64,000 nt of DNA from an uncultured Fidelibacterota bacterium (lineage in GTDB: Bacteria > Fidelibacterota > Marinisomatia > Marinisomatales > Marinisomataceae), in NCBI GenBank assembly GCA_902575395.1, contig CACGRA010000001.1:96512-160511 (forward strand). Direction: 5' to 3'. Below, piece after piece: positions 9,796 through 19,962 of the stretch. Position numbers and translations under genes: made by a program. Under the pieces are notes generated by a model that saw nothing but the letters and a program-made list of their open reading frames with translations, did no database searches and was not told the DNA's origin. How positions within the stretch are numbered: the first letter of the stretch is position 1; the number at the start of each line of letters is the position of its first letter.

Positions 9796-10466
9796 AAATA
9801 TCCACACCTGCAATTGTTTTAAAAACAACCCTATTTAAAGAATCAAGTATTATTGCCCGACTATTTACGTTAGAAAAAGGAAAAAATTCTTATGTTATTA
9901 AGTCTGCTATGAGGCAAAAATCTCCTTTAAAATCTATTTATCAACAATTAAATGAGATCCAAGTAAGCTATATTCATAGCAACAAAAGACAGTTACAGCC
10001 AATTTATGATTCTAAAATTTTGAATAATTGGGATAATATTGGTTCAGATTTAAAAAAAACAGTTCTTTCTTTATCAATTATTGAAATTATAGACAAAGGT
10101 TTTGATGAGGGAGACAAAGACGAGAACACTTACTATCTATTAAAAGATGTATTATTATATTTTGATTCAGAAAACAATAACTACAACGATGCTTTTTATT
10201 TTTTTGTATTACATTTATTAAAAAATATTGGCTATGACATTGTAGCAGCAAAAGAACACCCAATAGTTAAAAGGCATCTGTTAAAGGAGGTAAAGCTGCT
10301 TGATCATGTTGAAGAAATTTATGAATCAAATTTTTTCAGGGATAAAAATCCTAAAACAAGATTTAATTATAATAAAAAAATTATCTCTAGCTTTATTTCT
10401 GACCTAATCAAATACCACTTTCCAGATTTAAAATCTTTTAATGTTGCAAGAGAAGTTTTTAGGTAG
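9792..10466 (+). CDS. recO: DNA repair protein RecO
   Basis: 224 aa. The N-terminal OB-fold pattern MKISTPAIVLKTTLFKESSIIARLFTLEKGK is typical of RecO. ATGA overlap with the upstream gene. Confidence 0.7.
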   Translation: MKISTPAIVLKTTLFKESSIIARLFTLEKGKNSYVIKSAMRQKSPLKSIYQQLNEIQVSYIHSNKRQLQPIYDSKILNNWDNIGSDLKKTVLSLSIIEIIDKGFDEGDKDENTYYLLKDVLLYFDSENNNYNDAFYFFVLHLLKNIGYDIVAAKEHPIVKRHLLKEVKLLDHVEEIYESNFFRDKNPKTRFNYNKKIISSFISDLIKYHFPDLKSFNVAREVFR

Positions 10467-10468
10467 TC

Positions 10469-10750
10469 TCACTCAACTTTAAAAACTTTTTCTCCAGGTT
10501 TTGACATTTTTAATTTTTCACGTGCAATTTTTTCAATATAGTCTTGATCAAATTCCAATTTTTCTGATTCTCTTTTAAGGCTTGCAATCTCTTCACGCAA
10601 TGAATTGATTTCTTGTTGTATATCAGATTTTTCTTTCTTCAATTGCCATAAACTAATTAACCCTCGATCGCTAAAAAACAGTAACGATGCACAGCCAATT
10701 AAAATGACTACCAATAGAACACTTGTGATTTGTGGTAATTTTTTTTTCAT
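10469..10750 (-). CDS. Septum formation initiator (FtsB/DivIC family)
   Basis: 93 aa with one N-terminal TM followed by a coiled coil ([47 protein letters not shown]). Located downstream of eno, as in many bacteria. Confidence 0.7.
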   Translation of the reverse strand: MKKKLPQITSVLLVVILIGCASLLFFSDRGLISLWQLKKEKSDIQQEINSLREEIASLKRESEKLEFDQDYIEKIAREKLKMSKPGEKVFKVE

Positions 10751-12024
10751 TTAATAAATGAGAAATTTTTACCAAATGTTTTAGAAGTAAGTTTTTCTTC
10801 AATCCTTAATAGCTGATTATACTTGCTGGTGCGATCAGTTCTACAAACAGAACCTGTTTTTATTTGTCCGCCACCCATTGCAACCGACAAATCTGCAATA
10901 AAAGTATCTTCAGTTTCACCTGATCGGTGAGATATTATATAATCATAACCATTTTCTTTAGCTATATTGATAGTTTCAATTGTTTCAGACACTGTTCCAA
11001 TTTGGTTGAGTTTTATTAGTATACTATTCATAGCATTTTTTTCAACTGCGTGTAATAATTTTTTTGGATTTGTTACGGTTAAGTCATCACCAACAATTTG
11101 AGTTGAATTACCCAATGCTTCAGTGATTTTTGTCCAACCACTCCAATCATTTTCATCCAATCCATCTTCAATAGAAACAATTGGATATTGATTGATAAGG
11201 TTTTCATAAAAATTAATCATCTGTTCATCATCTAAAATTTTCTTCTCCAAACTTAAATGATATTTGCCTTCTTTGTAAAAGCTTGAAGCGGCAACATCTA
11301 GTGCAATAAACACATTTTCACCAGCGCTATATCCGCTTTTGTTGATTGCTTCTAATAATAGTTCTATCGCTTGTTCGTTGGACTTAAGTGCAGGAGCAAA
11401 TCCGCCCTCATCTCCTACTGTAGTATTTAATCCATTTTTATTTAACTCTTTTTTTAATGTATGAAAAATTTCTGTCCCCATTCGAATTGCATCAGAAAAA
11501 GACTTTGCTCCACAAGGGAATAACATTATTTCTTGTATATCAGCTCCTTGGTCTGCATGCATTCCTCCATTTAAAACATTAATCATAGGAATTGGCATTA
11601 TTGAACTCTCTTTATTTAGATAATAGTACAGAGGAAAACTGTGAAATTTTGCTGCAGCAACAGCGCATGCCATAGAAACACCCAATATAGCATTTGCACC
11701 ACACCTGCTTTTGTTTTCTGTGCCATCAATTTCCAACAAAAGCTTATCAATATTTTCCTGTTGATCACAAGGTTGGCCAATTAGTGTTGGCTGTATTATA
11801 TCAAGCACATTATTAATTGCTTTATGGACCCCTTTCCCATTGAACTCTTTATTATTATCTCTTAATTCAAGGGCTTCAAATTGCCCCGTTGATGCCCCAG
11901 AAGGAACAGCAGCTCTGCCACGACAATTTGCAAGACTGACTTCTACCTCAACTGTAGGATTCCCTCTTGAATCTAAAATTTGTCGGGCATGTAATTTTTC
12001 TATTTTTGGTTGGGTTTCACTCAT
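10747..12024 (-). CDS. eno: Enolase
   Basis: 425 aa with [35 protein letters not shown] and GQIKTGS signatures. Confidence 0.95.
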   Translation of the reverse strand: MSETQPKIEKLHARQILDSRGNPTVEVEVSLANCRGRAAVPSGASTGQFEALELRDNNKEFNGKGVHKAINNVLDIIQPTLIGQPCDQQENIDKLLLEIDGTENKSRCGANAILGVSMACAVAAAKFHSFPLYYYLNKESSIMPIPMINVLNGGMHADQGADIQEIMLFPCGAKSFSDAIRMGTEIFHTLKKELNKNGLNTTVGDEGGFAPALKSNEQAIELLLEAINKSGYSAGENVFIALDVAASSFYKEGKYHLSLEKKILDDEQMINFYENLINQYPIVSIEDGLDENDWSGWTKITEALGNSTQIVGDDLTVTNPKKLLHAVEKNAMNSILIKLNQIGTVSETIETINIAKENGYDYIISHRSGETEDTFIADLSVAMGGGQIKTGSVCRTDRTSKYNQLLRIEEKLTSKTFGKNFSFIK

Positions 12025-12170
12025 ATTTTAATTTAATCCCATTTGTTTTATTATATAAAAGATTTAATAAAAAGGTTGATTTTGTGCAAAAATAGGGATT
12101 ATTATTATAAAAATGTGTAAATATGAAACTTTTAAACAATAAAAATCATATTGGCATGATTAAGAGAAAA

Positions 12171-12217
12171 GAGTCAAAAACTCACGTCTTTATTGGGGAT
12201 TTTGTCTCTTTTTTACG
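12171..12217 (+). promoter_or_regulatory. Terminator-like hairpin in the leader of small ORF 12241 (possible attenuator or sRNA end)
   Basis: GAGTCAAAA (12171-12179) pairs with TTTTGTCTC (12200-12208): 9 bp with 1 mismatch. It is followed by TTTTTTACG and ends about 24 nt before the AAGGAGG SD. Confidence 0.35.
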
Positions 12218-12240
12218 TTAACTAATCAAGGAGGAATAAC

Positions 12241-12447
12241 ATGGCTTCATGGGATTCAATGATAAGTGGTGCTTTAAGTGGATTAACAGGAGTAGTGAAA
12301 GCTGCAATCATCTTTTTTGTGTTTGCAAACGTACTATTCAGTACTGGAATGGATCCACTAGGCGGCATTGCTGATTTAGTTAGTGCATTTACTGACAATG
12401 GCCTTACAGGACTACTAGTTTTAGTGGTTTTCTTGTCTTGGTTATAA
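12241..12447 (+). CDS. Small hydrophobic membrane protein (paralog 1), unknown family
   Basis: 68 aa with strong SD AAGGAGG 7 nt upstream and two hydrophobic segments flanking a Gly-rich linker. Gap-free alignment to ORF 12539 gives 19 identical positions, including DNGL-GL and the C-terminal W. Confidence 0.6.
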   Translation: MASWDSMISGALSGLTGVVKAAIIFFVFANVLFSTGMDPLGGIADLVSAFTDNGLTGLLVLVVFLSWL

Positions 12448-12477
12448 GTTTAGATTAATGCATTAGTCGTAAGATGT

Positions 12478-12498
12478 AGGGGCCCCTTATGGGCCCCT
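12478..12498 (+). terminator. GC-rich hairpin after small ORF 1 (terminator-like, no U-tract)
   Basis: Perfect 8-bp stem AGGGGCCC/GGGCCCCT with a 5-nt loop. It is followed by ATATAAAT rather than a T-run. Confidence 0.45.
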
Positions 12499-12538
12499 AT
12501 ATAAATACGATGATATAAAAAGTTTAAGGAGAAACATA

Positions 12539-12751
12539 ATGGACAAAGCTATAAAAACGATTACTGGCGTGTTATCAACATTAACAGACTTAGCAATTCA
12601 TTTGCTAGTTGCTGGCGTTGTTATTGGTATTCTTTATAACGACGTTTTTGGTGTTATTGGTAACATTGGTTCTGCAATGGGAACAATCGGTGATAATGGT
12701 CTTGCTGGCCTAATCACTATTGCGGTCGTTGCAATGTGGATGAAAAAATAA
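12539..12751 (+). CDS. Small hydrophobic membrane protein (paralog 2), unknown family
   Basis: 70 aa with SD AAGGAG and the same architecture as ORF 12241. Shared motifs are I(S/T)G-LS-LT and DNGL(T/A)GL. It ends in WMKK. Confidence 0.6.
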   Translation: MDKAIKTITGVLSTLTDLAIHLLVAGVVIGILYNDVFGVIGNIGSAMGTIGDNGLAGLITIAVVAMWMKK

Positions 12752-12789
12752 TTAACATTTTTTTCACTACAACTTTTGTTAAAAAATAA

Positions 12790-12814
12790 AAGGGCTCAAA
12801 AAATGAGCCCTTTT
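12790..12814 (+). terminator. Rho-independent terminator after small ORF 2
   Basis: 9-bp stem AAGGGCTCA/TGAGCCCTT with a 5-A loop, running into TTTT. Confidence 0.75.
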
Positions 12815-12841
12815 AGTCTTATTTTATAATAATTTCACTAA

Positions 12842-13996
12842 GTGAAATTCTTTATATATCTATATTACTGCCTTTTATTGTTTTCTTGGTCTTTTGCAAA
12901 CGCACAACAAGAAATTAAAATTATTGGACCCAATAATTCTATTTTAGGAACAGTAGACTATATTCAAGAAAATCGATTTTATTTTTCATTAAACGATTTT
13001 TCTGATATTTTGTTGAAAAAAAATTTTGTTAATACAGATCTCCAAAAAATTGTTTTTTCAATTGGTAATAACAAGGTTAAAGTTACAGGCAATATCCCTT
13101 TTGTTATTATTAATGATAAGCCATATCAACTAAAAAATACTATTATTTATAAAAAAGGCGTTTTTTATGCTCCCATTGATGATTTTTTAGAGCTTTTAAA
13201 TAAAAGAATTGGAACACAATATTCTATCAATTATAACTCTTTATCTATTGAAAATAAGTTGGAATCTAAAATTTCATTAACCAGTTCAGTAGATTTAAAC
13301 CAAGAAAAGAAAAAATGGAAATTTGATACAATTATTATTGATCCAGGACACGGAGGAAAAGACCCAGGAGCTATTGGCTATAGAGGGACCAAAGAAAAAG
13401 ATATAGCCCTTGATGTTTCCAAGAGATTAGCCAAAAAAATTGAAAGAAATTCAAAAACAAAAGTTATTTTAACAAGAGAAGAAGATATTTTTGTTCGATT
13501 ACAAGATAGAACAAAATTTGCAAATGCTAATGAAGGCGATTTATTTATCAGCATACACACAAATGCTGCCGAAGATAGAAGAGCTAGCGGTTTTGAAACA
13601 TTTTTGATTGGACCAAATAAAAATGAAGCAGCTATCAAGGTTGCTGCAAGAGAGAACGCTGCATTAGAGCTCGAAGGGTTTTCTGGAAAACAATTAACCA
13701 ATGAAGATTTAATAAAAGCAACTATTGCTCAAAGTGCTTTTGCTGCAAAAAGCGAAGAATTTGCATCGCTCGTACAGAATGAAATTAAAAAAAGAGTCCA
13801 AAGCAAAGACAGGGGGGTAAAACAAGCCGGTTTTTATGTTTTAATGGGGGCATCAATGCCAAACGTTCTAATCGAGCTTGGATTTATTTCAAATCCAAAT
13901 GAAGAAAAAAAATTAAACAACTCTAGTTATCGCGATATGTTAGCCACATCAATATATTATGCTGTTCTTGAATATCAGAAATCATTCAATGATTAA
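12842..13996 (+). CDS. N-acetylmuramoyl-L-alanine amidase (Amidase_3, AmiC-like) with N-terminal targeting domain
   Basis: GTG start and signal peptide MKFFIYLYYCLLLFSWSFANA. Catalytic domain motifs IIIDPGHGGKDPGAIG, EKDIALDV, FISIHTNA and GFYVLMGASMPNVLIELGFISN. Confidence 0.8.
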   Translation: MKFFIYLYYCLLLFSWSFANAQQEIKIIGPNNSILGTVDYIQENRFYFSLNDFSDILLKKNFVNTDLQKIVFSIGNNKVKVTGNIPFVIINDKPYQLKNTIIYKKGVFYAPIDDFLELLNKRIGTQYSINYNSLSIENKLESKISLTSSVDLNQEKKKWKFDTIIIDPGHGGKDPGAIGYRGTKEKDIALDVSKRLAKKIERNSKTKVILTREEDIFVRLQDRTKFANANEGDLFISIHTNAAEDRRASGFETFLIGPNKNEAAIKVAARENAALELEGFSGKQLTNEDLIKATIAQSAFAAKSEEFASLVQNEIKKRVQSKDRGVKQAGFYVLMGASMPNVLIELGFISNPNEEKKLNNSSYRDMLATSIYYAVLEYQKSFND

Positions 13997-15233
13997 TTCA
14001 ACCTTAGAATTTTTATATAAACTACATAATCGAGGCATTAAACTTGGATTAGAAAATATTGAAACATTTTTAAGTGTATGCGATAATCCACACCGAAAAA
14101 TTAAAACCATTCATCTGGCTGGCACAAACGGTAAAGGGTCCACAGCTTCTTTGATAGCAAAGATTTTACAGGAACAAGGTTTAAAGGTTGGGCTTTACAC
14201 ATCTCCACACCTGGTTAGATTTAATGAGCGAATTCGAATTAATGGTAAAACAATTTCAGATGATGATATTGTTTATTTTATCAATAAACACAAGCAAATT
14301 ATTGAAGAGAGTTCCATTACTTTTTTTGAAGCCACAACTGCCCTTGCCTTTTCTTATTTTGCTAAAAATAATGTAGATATTGCAATTATTGAAACAGGCT
14401 TAGGCGGACGATTAGATTCAACTAATGTTATTATCCCTATACAAACAATTATTACAGAGATTGATTATGACCATACACATATTTTAGGCGAATCAATTGA
14501 TTTAATTACATCTGAAAAATGTGGAATTTTTAAAAAAGGAATTCCAGCTCTAACAGCAAATTTGAATAAGGAAGTAATTGAAGTAATTGAACGTTGTTCA
14601 AAGGATAAAAATTGTGAACTTAAAAAAATTGATGTCAATAAATCAGAAATTATAAAACACACCCCTAATTCTCTTGTATTTTCTTATAACGGTGATGAAT
14701 TCTATATTCCACAAGCTGGATCTTATCAAAAAGATAATGCTGTAATAGCAATTGAAACCTGCAAAAAACATTTTAATGAAATCGAAACATCAGACATACA
14801 ATCTGCGTTCAAAAAATGGATATGGCCAGGGCGAATGCAATTAATGGAAAATGATTTTTTTTATGATGTTGCTCACAATGCAAATGCTGTTAATAAACTC
14901 ACTACAGATTTGTCAACACTCTATAATATAAAACCAATTGGTTTACTAGTTTTAAAAAATGACAAAATAACGGATAGATTTTTAACTCTTTTAGAAAATA
15001 AATTCGAAAAATTAATTATATCCACAATTGATTCGAAAGACATTTTACAAGAAGAAGATATTCTATCTAATAAAAAACTTAAAAAATTTAAATTTATTAA
15101 TAACCTTAACGATGCACTTAATGAGGTGCGATTAATGCAGTATGGCGGACCAAAGGTGGTGTTTGGTAGTCATTATATTGCAAGCCAATTATACAAGTTT
15201 TTTGATTTTTCCTTTGACAATGGAGCAATATAG
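13989..15233 (+). CDS. folC: Folylpolyglutamate synthase / dihydrofolate synthase
   Basis: Start set at ATG 13989, which overlaps the amidase stop. P-loop HLAGTNGKGST and ETGLGGRLDSTN motifs of the Mur ligase/FolC family. Confidence 0.8.
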   Translation: MINSTLEFLYKLHNRGIKLGLENIETFLSVCDNPHRKIKTIHLAGTNGKGSTASLIAKILQEQGLKVGLYTSPHLVRFNERIRINGKTISDDDIVYFINKHKQIIEESSITFFEATTALAFSYFAKNNVDIAIIETGLGGRLDSTNVIIPIQTIITEIDYDHTHILGESIDLITSEKCGIFKKGIPALTANLNKEVIEVIERCSKDKNCELKKIDVNKSEIIKHTPNSLVFSYNGDEFYIPQAGSYQKDNAVIAIETCKKHFNEIETSDIQSAFKKWIWPGRMQLMENDFFYDVAHNANAVNKLTTDLSTLYNIKPIGLLVLKNDKITDRFLTLLENKFEKLIISTIDSKDILQEEDILSNKKLKKFKFINNLNDALNEVRLMQYGGPKVVFGSHYIASQLYKFFDFSFDNGAI

Positions 15234-15293
15234 TGTAATTTGAATTTTCGAGGTTATTTCCCCCTAAAAATATTTTCACAACATGAGGAATCA

Positions 15294-16577
15294 ATGAAAT
15301 TAGACGAATTAAAAGAAAAAAAAGTAAGCGATTTGCGAGAAATTGCAAAAACTATGGGTATTGAAAAAATAACATCTTTTTCTAAAGATGAATTAATTGA
15401 AGAGATTATGAAAAATAATCCAACTGAGAATACCAATGCTGCTGAAGAAAAACCAAAAAATGAAAAAAAAGATGATGGGATAGCTGGTGGAATATTAGAA
15501 ATATTGCCAGATGGCTATGGTTTTTTGAGAAGTGTAAACGACAATTATCTTCCAGGCCCTGAAGATATTTATGTAAGCCCATCCCAAATAAAAAGATTTA
15601 AACTAAAAACTGGCCATTTTGTTAAAGGGACTACTCGCGCTCCTAAATCAAAGGAAAGATTTCATGCTTTATTACAATTGTTGGAGGTTAATGGGTTAAA
15701 GCCTGATGATATAAGAAAACAAATGCCATTTGAGCGCTATACTCCTTTGCACCCCAATGAAAAATTTAATCTTTCAAACACTAGCGATATGTCTATGAGA
15801 ATTATGGATCTTATTTCTCCTATTGGGAAAGGACAAAGAGGGTTAATTGTTGCACAACCAAAAACTGGTAAAACAATTTTAATATCTAAAATTGCTAATG
15901 CAATTAGGCGCAATCATCCTGAAACTGTTTTAATAATACTATTGATTGATGAACGCCCAGAAGAAGTAACTGATATGAAACGCAGCGTTGATGCGGATGT
16001 TGTTAGCTCTACTTTTGATGAAGGTCCAGAAAGACATGTACAGGTATCAAACATGGCATTAAAGAAAGCACAAAGACTAGTTGAGTGTGGAAAGGATGTT
16101 GTTATTCTTTTAGATAGTATAACTCGTTTAGGTAGAGCTCATAATGCTGTGACAGCACATAGTGGAAAAATTTTATCAGGAGGTGTTGATTCAAATGCTT
16201 TACGAAATCCAAAGAAGTTTTTTGGGGCTGCAAGAAACACTGAGGAAGGTGGAAGTTTAACTATTATTGCAACAGCCTTAATTGATACAGGCAGTAAAAT
16301 GGATGGGGTGATCTTTGAAGAGTTTAAGGGAACAGGAAATATGGAATTAGTTCTCGATAGAGAATTAAGTGATAGAAGAATTTATCCTGCTTTTAACATC
16401 GTTAAATCTGGCACTAGAAAAGAAGAGCTATTATTGTCAGAACAGCAACTTTCTCGAATGTGGATTTTGAGAAAAATGCTAGGAGAAATGACTACAGAAC
16501 AAGCAATGACTTTTATGCAAGAAAGAATGAGAAGATCAAAAACAAATCAAGAATTTCTTGATAAAATGAGCCAATAA
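15294..16577 (+). CDS. rho: Transcription termination factor Rho
   Basis: Start at ATG 15294 with GAGGA SD. N-terminal [26 protein letters not shown]-binding [14 protein letters not shown], Walker A AQPKTGKT and LIDERPEEV. Confidence 0.9.
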   Translation: MKLDELKEKKVSDLREIAKTMGIEKITSFSKDELIEEIMKNNPTENTNAAEEKPKNEKKDDGIAGGILEILPDGYGFLRSVNDNYLPGPEDIYVSPSQIKRFKLKTGHFVKGTTRAPKSKERFHALLQLLEVNGLKPDDIRKQMPFERYTPLHPNEKFNLSNTSDMSMRIMDLISPIGKGQRGLIVAQPKTGKTILISKIANAIRRNHPETVLIILLIDERPEEVTDMKRSVDADVVSSTFDEGPERHVQVSNMALKKAQRLVECGKDVVILLDSITRLGRAHNAVTAHSGKILSGGVDSNALRNPKKFFGAARNTEEGGSLTIIATALIDTGSKMDGVIFEEFKGTGNMELVLDRELSDRRIYPAFNIVKSGTRKEELLLSEQQLSRMWILRKMLGEMTTEQAMTFMQERMRRSKTNQEFLDKMSQ

Positions 16578-17774
16578 ATGTCGATTAAGTTATCTAAACT
16601 AGTCGAAAAAATTAAACCATCATTTACCCTACAAATGACCGCAAGAGCTGCAGAGCTGCGTTCAAAGGGGGTTGATGTCATTAATTTTGGAGTTGGTGAA
16701 CCTGATTTTAACACTCCATCTCATATTATTCATGCTGGACAAAAAGCCATAGATGATGGTTATACAAAATACACTCCCGGGTCTGGTATGCTTGAATTAA
16801 AAGAAGCGATTCAAACCAAAGTCAAAAGTATGACTGGCTTGTCTTATGATGTATCTGAAATTATAGTTTCTAATGGAGGCAAACAGTCTTTATCTGTAGC
16901 CTGCCAGGCTCTTTTCAATGAAGGAGACAAAGTAGTGGTTTTTTCACCATATTGGGTTTCTTTTCCTGAGTTTGTCAGATTATCTGGTGCAACCCCATTA
17001 TTAGTTGATACTTTACCATCCCAACAGTTTGAACCAGACTTTGATGATTTAAATCAAAAAATGGATTCTAATATAAAAGGAGTTATTATTAATTCTCCCA
17101 GTAATCCTACAGGAGGAGTTTGGTCTAATGATGCAATTATTAAATTATTAGGTATTAGCAAAAAAAATAATTGGATTGTCATTTCAGATGAAACTTATGA
17201 AGAACTAGTTTATGATAATGAGTTTACTGCAATTGATAAATTAAATAATATTGGCACTGAAGTATTAACAATCCGAAGTATGTCCAAAACCTATGCAATG
17301 ACTGGATGGCGCATTGGTTATGCAGTAGGAAATGCGTCTATTGTTAAGGCTATGTCTAAAATTCAAGGACAAACTACTTCATGCCCAAATGCAATAGGGC
17401 AAAAAGCTTCTGTTGCTGCTCTGTTAGGAGATCAACAGCCTGTTTTAGATATGAAGAAAAAATTTGAAGAAAGAAGACAGTTAATGTTTGATCAGTTAAA
17501 CAGCTTGAATGGCGTAAATTGCGCTATGCCAGGAGGCGCATTTTATATGTTCCCAGACTTTTCATCTTATCTAAATAAAGAAACAAAAAATGGTAAAATT
17601 TTACAAGACACTTTCGACCTTTCTGATTATATTCTCGACACTGCAAATGTAGTAACAGTTGCAGGTGATGGTTTTGGGGCAGAAGGTTATTTAAGATTTT
17701 CTTTTGCAACTAGTAGAAAAATCATCAAAGAAGGAATTGAAAGAATAAGAAAAAGCTTAGAAGAGCTAAAATGA
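16578..17774 (+). CDS. Class I pyridoxal-phosphate aminotransferase (aspartate aminotransferase-like)
   Basis: 398 aa. GEPDF, NPSNPTG and the PLP-lysine motif [15 protein letters not shown]. The start follows the rho stop immediately. Confidence 0.85.
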   Translation: MSIKLSKLVEKIKPSFTLQMTARAAELRSKGVDVINFGVGEPDFNTPSHIIHAGQKAIDDGYTKYTPGSGMLELKEAIQTKVKSMTGLSYDVSEIIVSNGGKQSLSVACQALFNEGDKVVVFSPYWVSFPEFVRLSGATPLLVDTLPSQQFEPDFDDLNQKMDSNIKGVIINSPSNPTGGVWSNDAIIKLLGISKKNNWIVISDETYEELVYDNEFTAIDKLNNIGTEVLTIRSMSKTYAMTGWRIGYAVGNASIVKAMSKIQGQTTSCPNAIGQKASVAALLGDQQPVLDMKKKFEERRQLMFDQLNSLNGVNCAMPGGAFYMFPDFSSYLNKETKNGKILQDTFDLSDYILDTANVVTVAGDGFGAEGYLRFSFATSRKIIKEGIERIRKSLEELK

Positions 17775-18025
17775 AAAAAGATATACATTCTAAAGAGTAT
17801 AGATTAGTGGTTTTTGAGGATAGTTCAATTAACTATTCTTTTTTAACCAAATCAACTGTGAAAACAGATGAAACTGTCAAATGGGAAGACGGTAATGAGT
17901 ATCCTCTATTTAAAATAGAGATATCTGATCAATCTCATCCATACTATACTGGCCAACGCACACTAGTTGATACAGCTGGACGTATTGAGAAATTCAATCG
18001 TAAGTACAAGAAAAAAGATTCCTAA
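17771..18025 (+). CDS. rpmE2: 50S ribosomal protein L31, type B (zinc-independent form)
   Basis: 84 aa with [17 protein letters not shown]...[24 protein letters not shown]. There is no Cys anywhere in the protein. ATGA overlap with the aminotransferase gene. Confidence 0.85.
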   Translation: MKKDIHSKEYRLVVFEDSSINYSFLTKSTVKTDETVKWEDGNEYPLFKIEISDQSHPYYTGQRTLVDTAGRIEKFNRKYKKKDS

Positions 18026-18052
18026 ATATTTTTTATTAAACGATTTTAACCT

Positions 18053-19114
18053 ATGGATATCCTATCTAAAGCCAAAGATATTATTGTTGAGTATGACAAT
18101 ATAACGGAAGAAATGATTCATCCTGATAATGTTTTAAATCAGGAAAAAATGACTGCTTTATCAAAAAAACGAAGCTCAATTGAAAAATCATATGAATTAA
18201 GCAAACAATTTGTTGTTCTAAATAGAGAGCTAAGTGATTTGGATGAAATTTCTGATGAAAAAGAAATGGAAGAATTAATTAAAATTGAAAAACCTATTTT
18301 ATTAAAGAAGATTACGGATATAGAAGCACAGTTAACAAAAATATTGATTACAAGTGACCCCAATGACAATAAAAATGCAATTATTGAAATAAGAGCAGGG
18401 ACAGGAGGCGATGAAGCAGCCTTATTCGCTGCAGATTTATTTAGAATGTATTCTAAATATGCAGAAAAAAACGGAATGTCAATTAAAGTAATGGATATGA
18501 ATGAAATAGGAGTTGGTGGATTAAAATCAATTATTTTTAATGTTCAAGGTGAAAATTCATATGGTATGTATAAATATGAAGGCGGAGTTCATCGTGTTCA
18601 AAGAATACCTAAAACAGAATCTGGAGGACGAGTGCATACCTCTGCAGCAACTGTAGCTGTTCTTCCAGAGGCTGAACAGGCGGAAGTTGATATTAATGAA
18701 TCTGATTTAAAGATTGATACATATCGTGCAAGTGGAGCTGGCGGGCAACATGTTAATAAAACTGAATCTGCCATTAGAATTACACATATCCCTACAGGAT
18801 TAGTAGTAACGTGCCAAGATGAAAGCTCTCAACATAAGAATAAAGCTTCTGCACTCAAAGTATTGCGTGCAAGACTGTTTGCTTTGGAGCAAGAAAAAAT
18901 TGATCAAGATAGAGATAAAATGAGGAAAAGTTTAGTATCTACAGGCGACAGATCTGCAAAAATTAGAACATATAATTTCCCGCAAGGCCGTATTACTGAT
19001 CATCGAATTAATTATACTGCTCATAACCTACAAGATACTTTAGAAGGAAACTTAGATCATATGGTTGAAAAACTCAAACTTGAAGAAGATAATTCAAAAC
19101 TCAATCAATCATGA
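18053..19114 (+). CDS. prfA: Peptide chain release factor 1
   Basis: 353 aa. GGQ motif SGAGGQHVNKTESAIRITHIPTG and an RF1-type PxT tripeptide region RIPKTESGGRVHTSAATVAVLPE. Confidence 0.9.
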   Translation: MDILSKAKDIIVEYDNITEEMIHPDNVLNQEKMTALSKKRSSIEKSYELSKQFVVLNRELSDLDEISDEKEMEELIKIEKPILLKKITDIEAQLTKILITSDPNDNKNAIIEIRAGTGGDEAALFAADLFRMYSKYAEKNGMSIKVMDMNEIGVGGLKSIIFNVQGENSYGMYKYEGGVHRVQRIPKTESGGRVHTSAATVAVLPEAEQAEVDINESDLKIDTYRASGAGGQHVNKTESAIRITHIPTGLVVTCQDESSQHKNKASALKVLRARLFALEQEKIDQDRDKMRKSLVSTGDRSAKIRTYNFPQGRITDHRINYTAHNLQDTLEGNLDHMVEKLKLEEDNSKLNQS

Positions 19115-19956
19115 ATAACTTTCAATTACTAAACGAATATTTTTCTTCAAAACTATTTCAATTGGAAAAAATAGAAATTGATGAACATAAAAAAAAATCT
19201 GAATTATTAATTGAAGATATTTTAGGTATTAACAAATCAGATATTTATACAAAAAATTATTATATCCCTCATGAAAAAATTGAATTATTAGAACATGCTT
19301 TTTCACAACTTAAAGAAAATACCCCGGTACAACATATTTTGGGTAAAAGTTATTTTTATAATGATGAATTTTTTACACCACCTGGCACTTTTATACCCAG
19401 ACCAGAGACAGAATTAATTGTTGATTGCATCCGAAACGATTTTTCAAGATTAGAAAAAAAGAATGTATTAGAAATAGGAAGTGGAACCGGGTGTCTTTCT
19501 ATTAGCATAGCAAAGTTATATAAAAATTTTTCTATTACTGGAATTGATATATCAGAAAAAGCAATCGAAACATCGATTACGAATGCTAAAAAATTAAATT
19601 GTTCAAATATCAAGTTTATTAAACAAGATTTTTTCAAAATGAATTTTAATCGTTATGATATAGTTATAAGTAATCCTCCTTATCTCGCACTTGAAGAAGT
19701 AGGTTTTCTTGACGAATCAGTCAAAAATCATGATCCATTAATGGCATTATCTGACAATAAAGACGGTTTATCTTTTTATAAATTTTTTGTCAACAATATT
19801 GATTTATTTTTAGAAAAAGATGGAAGTATGTATTTTGAAATTCCTAATTCTTCAATTACAGAAATCATCATAGAATTAGTTAAAAACAATCAAAAAATTA
19901 ACAGCAAAATATTTAAAGATTTTGAAGGCAATAATAGAGTAATTAAAATATATTAG
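19111..19956 (+). CDS. prmC: Release factor glutamine N5-methyltransferase PrmC/HemK
   Basis: 281 aa. SAM motif LEIGSGTGCLS and catalytic NPPY (VISNPPYL). ATGA overlap with prfA. Confidence 0.8.
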   Translation: MNNFQLLNEYFSSKLFQLEKIEIDEHKKKSELLIEDILGINKSDIYTKNYYIPHEKIELLEHAFSQLKENTPVQHILGKSYFYNDEFFTPPGTFIPRPETELIVDCIRNDFSRLEKKNVLEIGSGTGCLSISIAKLYKNFSITGIDISEKAIETSITNAKKLNCSNIKFIKQDFFKMNFNRYDIVISNPPYLALEEVGFLDESVKNHDPLMALSDNKDGLSFYKFFVNNIDLFLEKDGSMYFEIPNSSITEIIIELVKNNQKINSKIFKDFEGNNRVIKIY

Positions 19957-19962
19957 CATTAA

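Noticed and set aside
12123-12221. 32-codon ORF (MKLLNNKNHIGMIKRKESKTHVFIGDFVSFLR) running through the leader hairpin. It could be a leader peptide.
   Set aside because: It has no SD, an AT-rich chance composition and no runs of a regulatory amino acid. I kept only the hairpin as an observation.
12241-12751. The small hydrophobic pair as circular or class II bacteriocin precursors, or as a phage holin cassette.
   Set aside because: There are no maturation, immunity, ABC export or DUF95-type genes and no phage genes nearby. The adjacent amidase has a housekeeping AmiC-like architecture with its own signal peptide. Each small gene has its own terminator-like hairpin. The holin-like idea is retained only as a low-weight hypothesis.
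15240-15293. TTG-initiated 18-codon extension of rho.
   Set aside because: ATG 15294 is preceded by a GAGGA SD and begins the canonical Rho N-terminus [10 protein letters not shown].
18053-19114. RF1 tripeptide reads P-K-T instead of the E. coli P-A-T.
   Set aside because: The middle residue of the PxT motif is variable among bacteria, and all genes in the window terminate normally with standard stop codons. There is no evidence for an altered genetic code.
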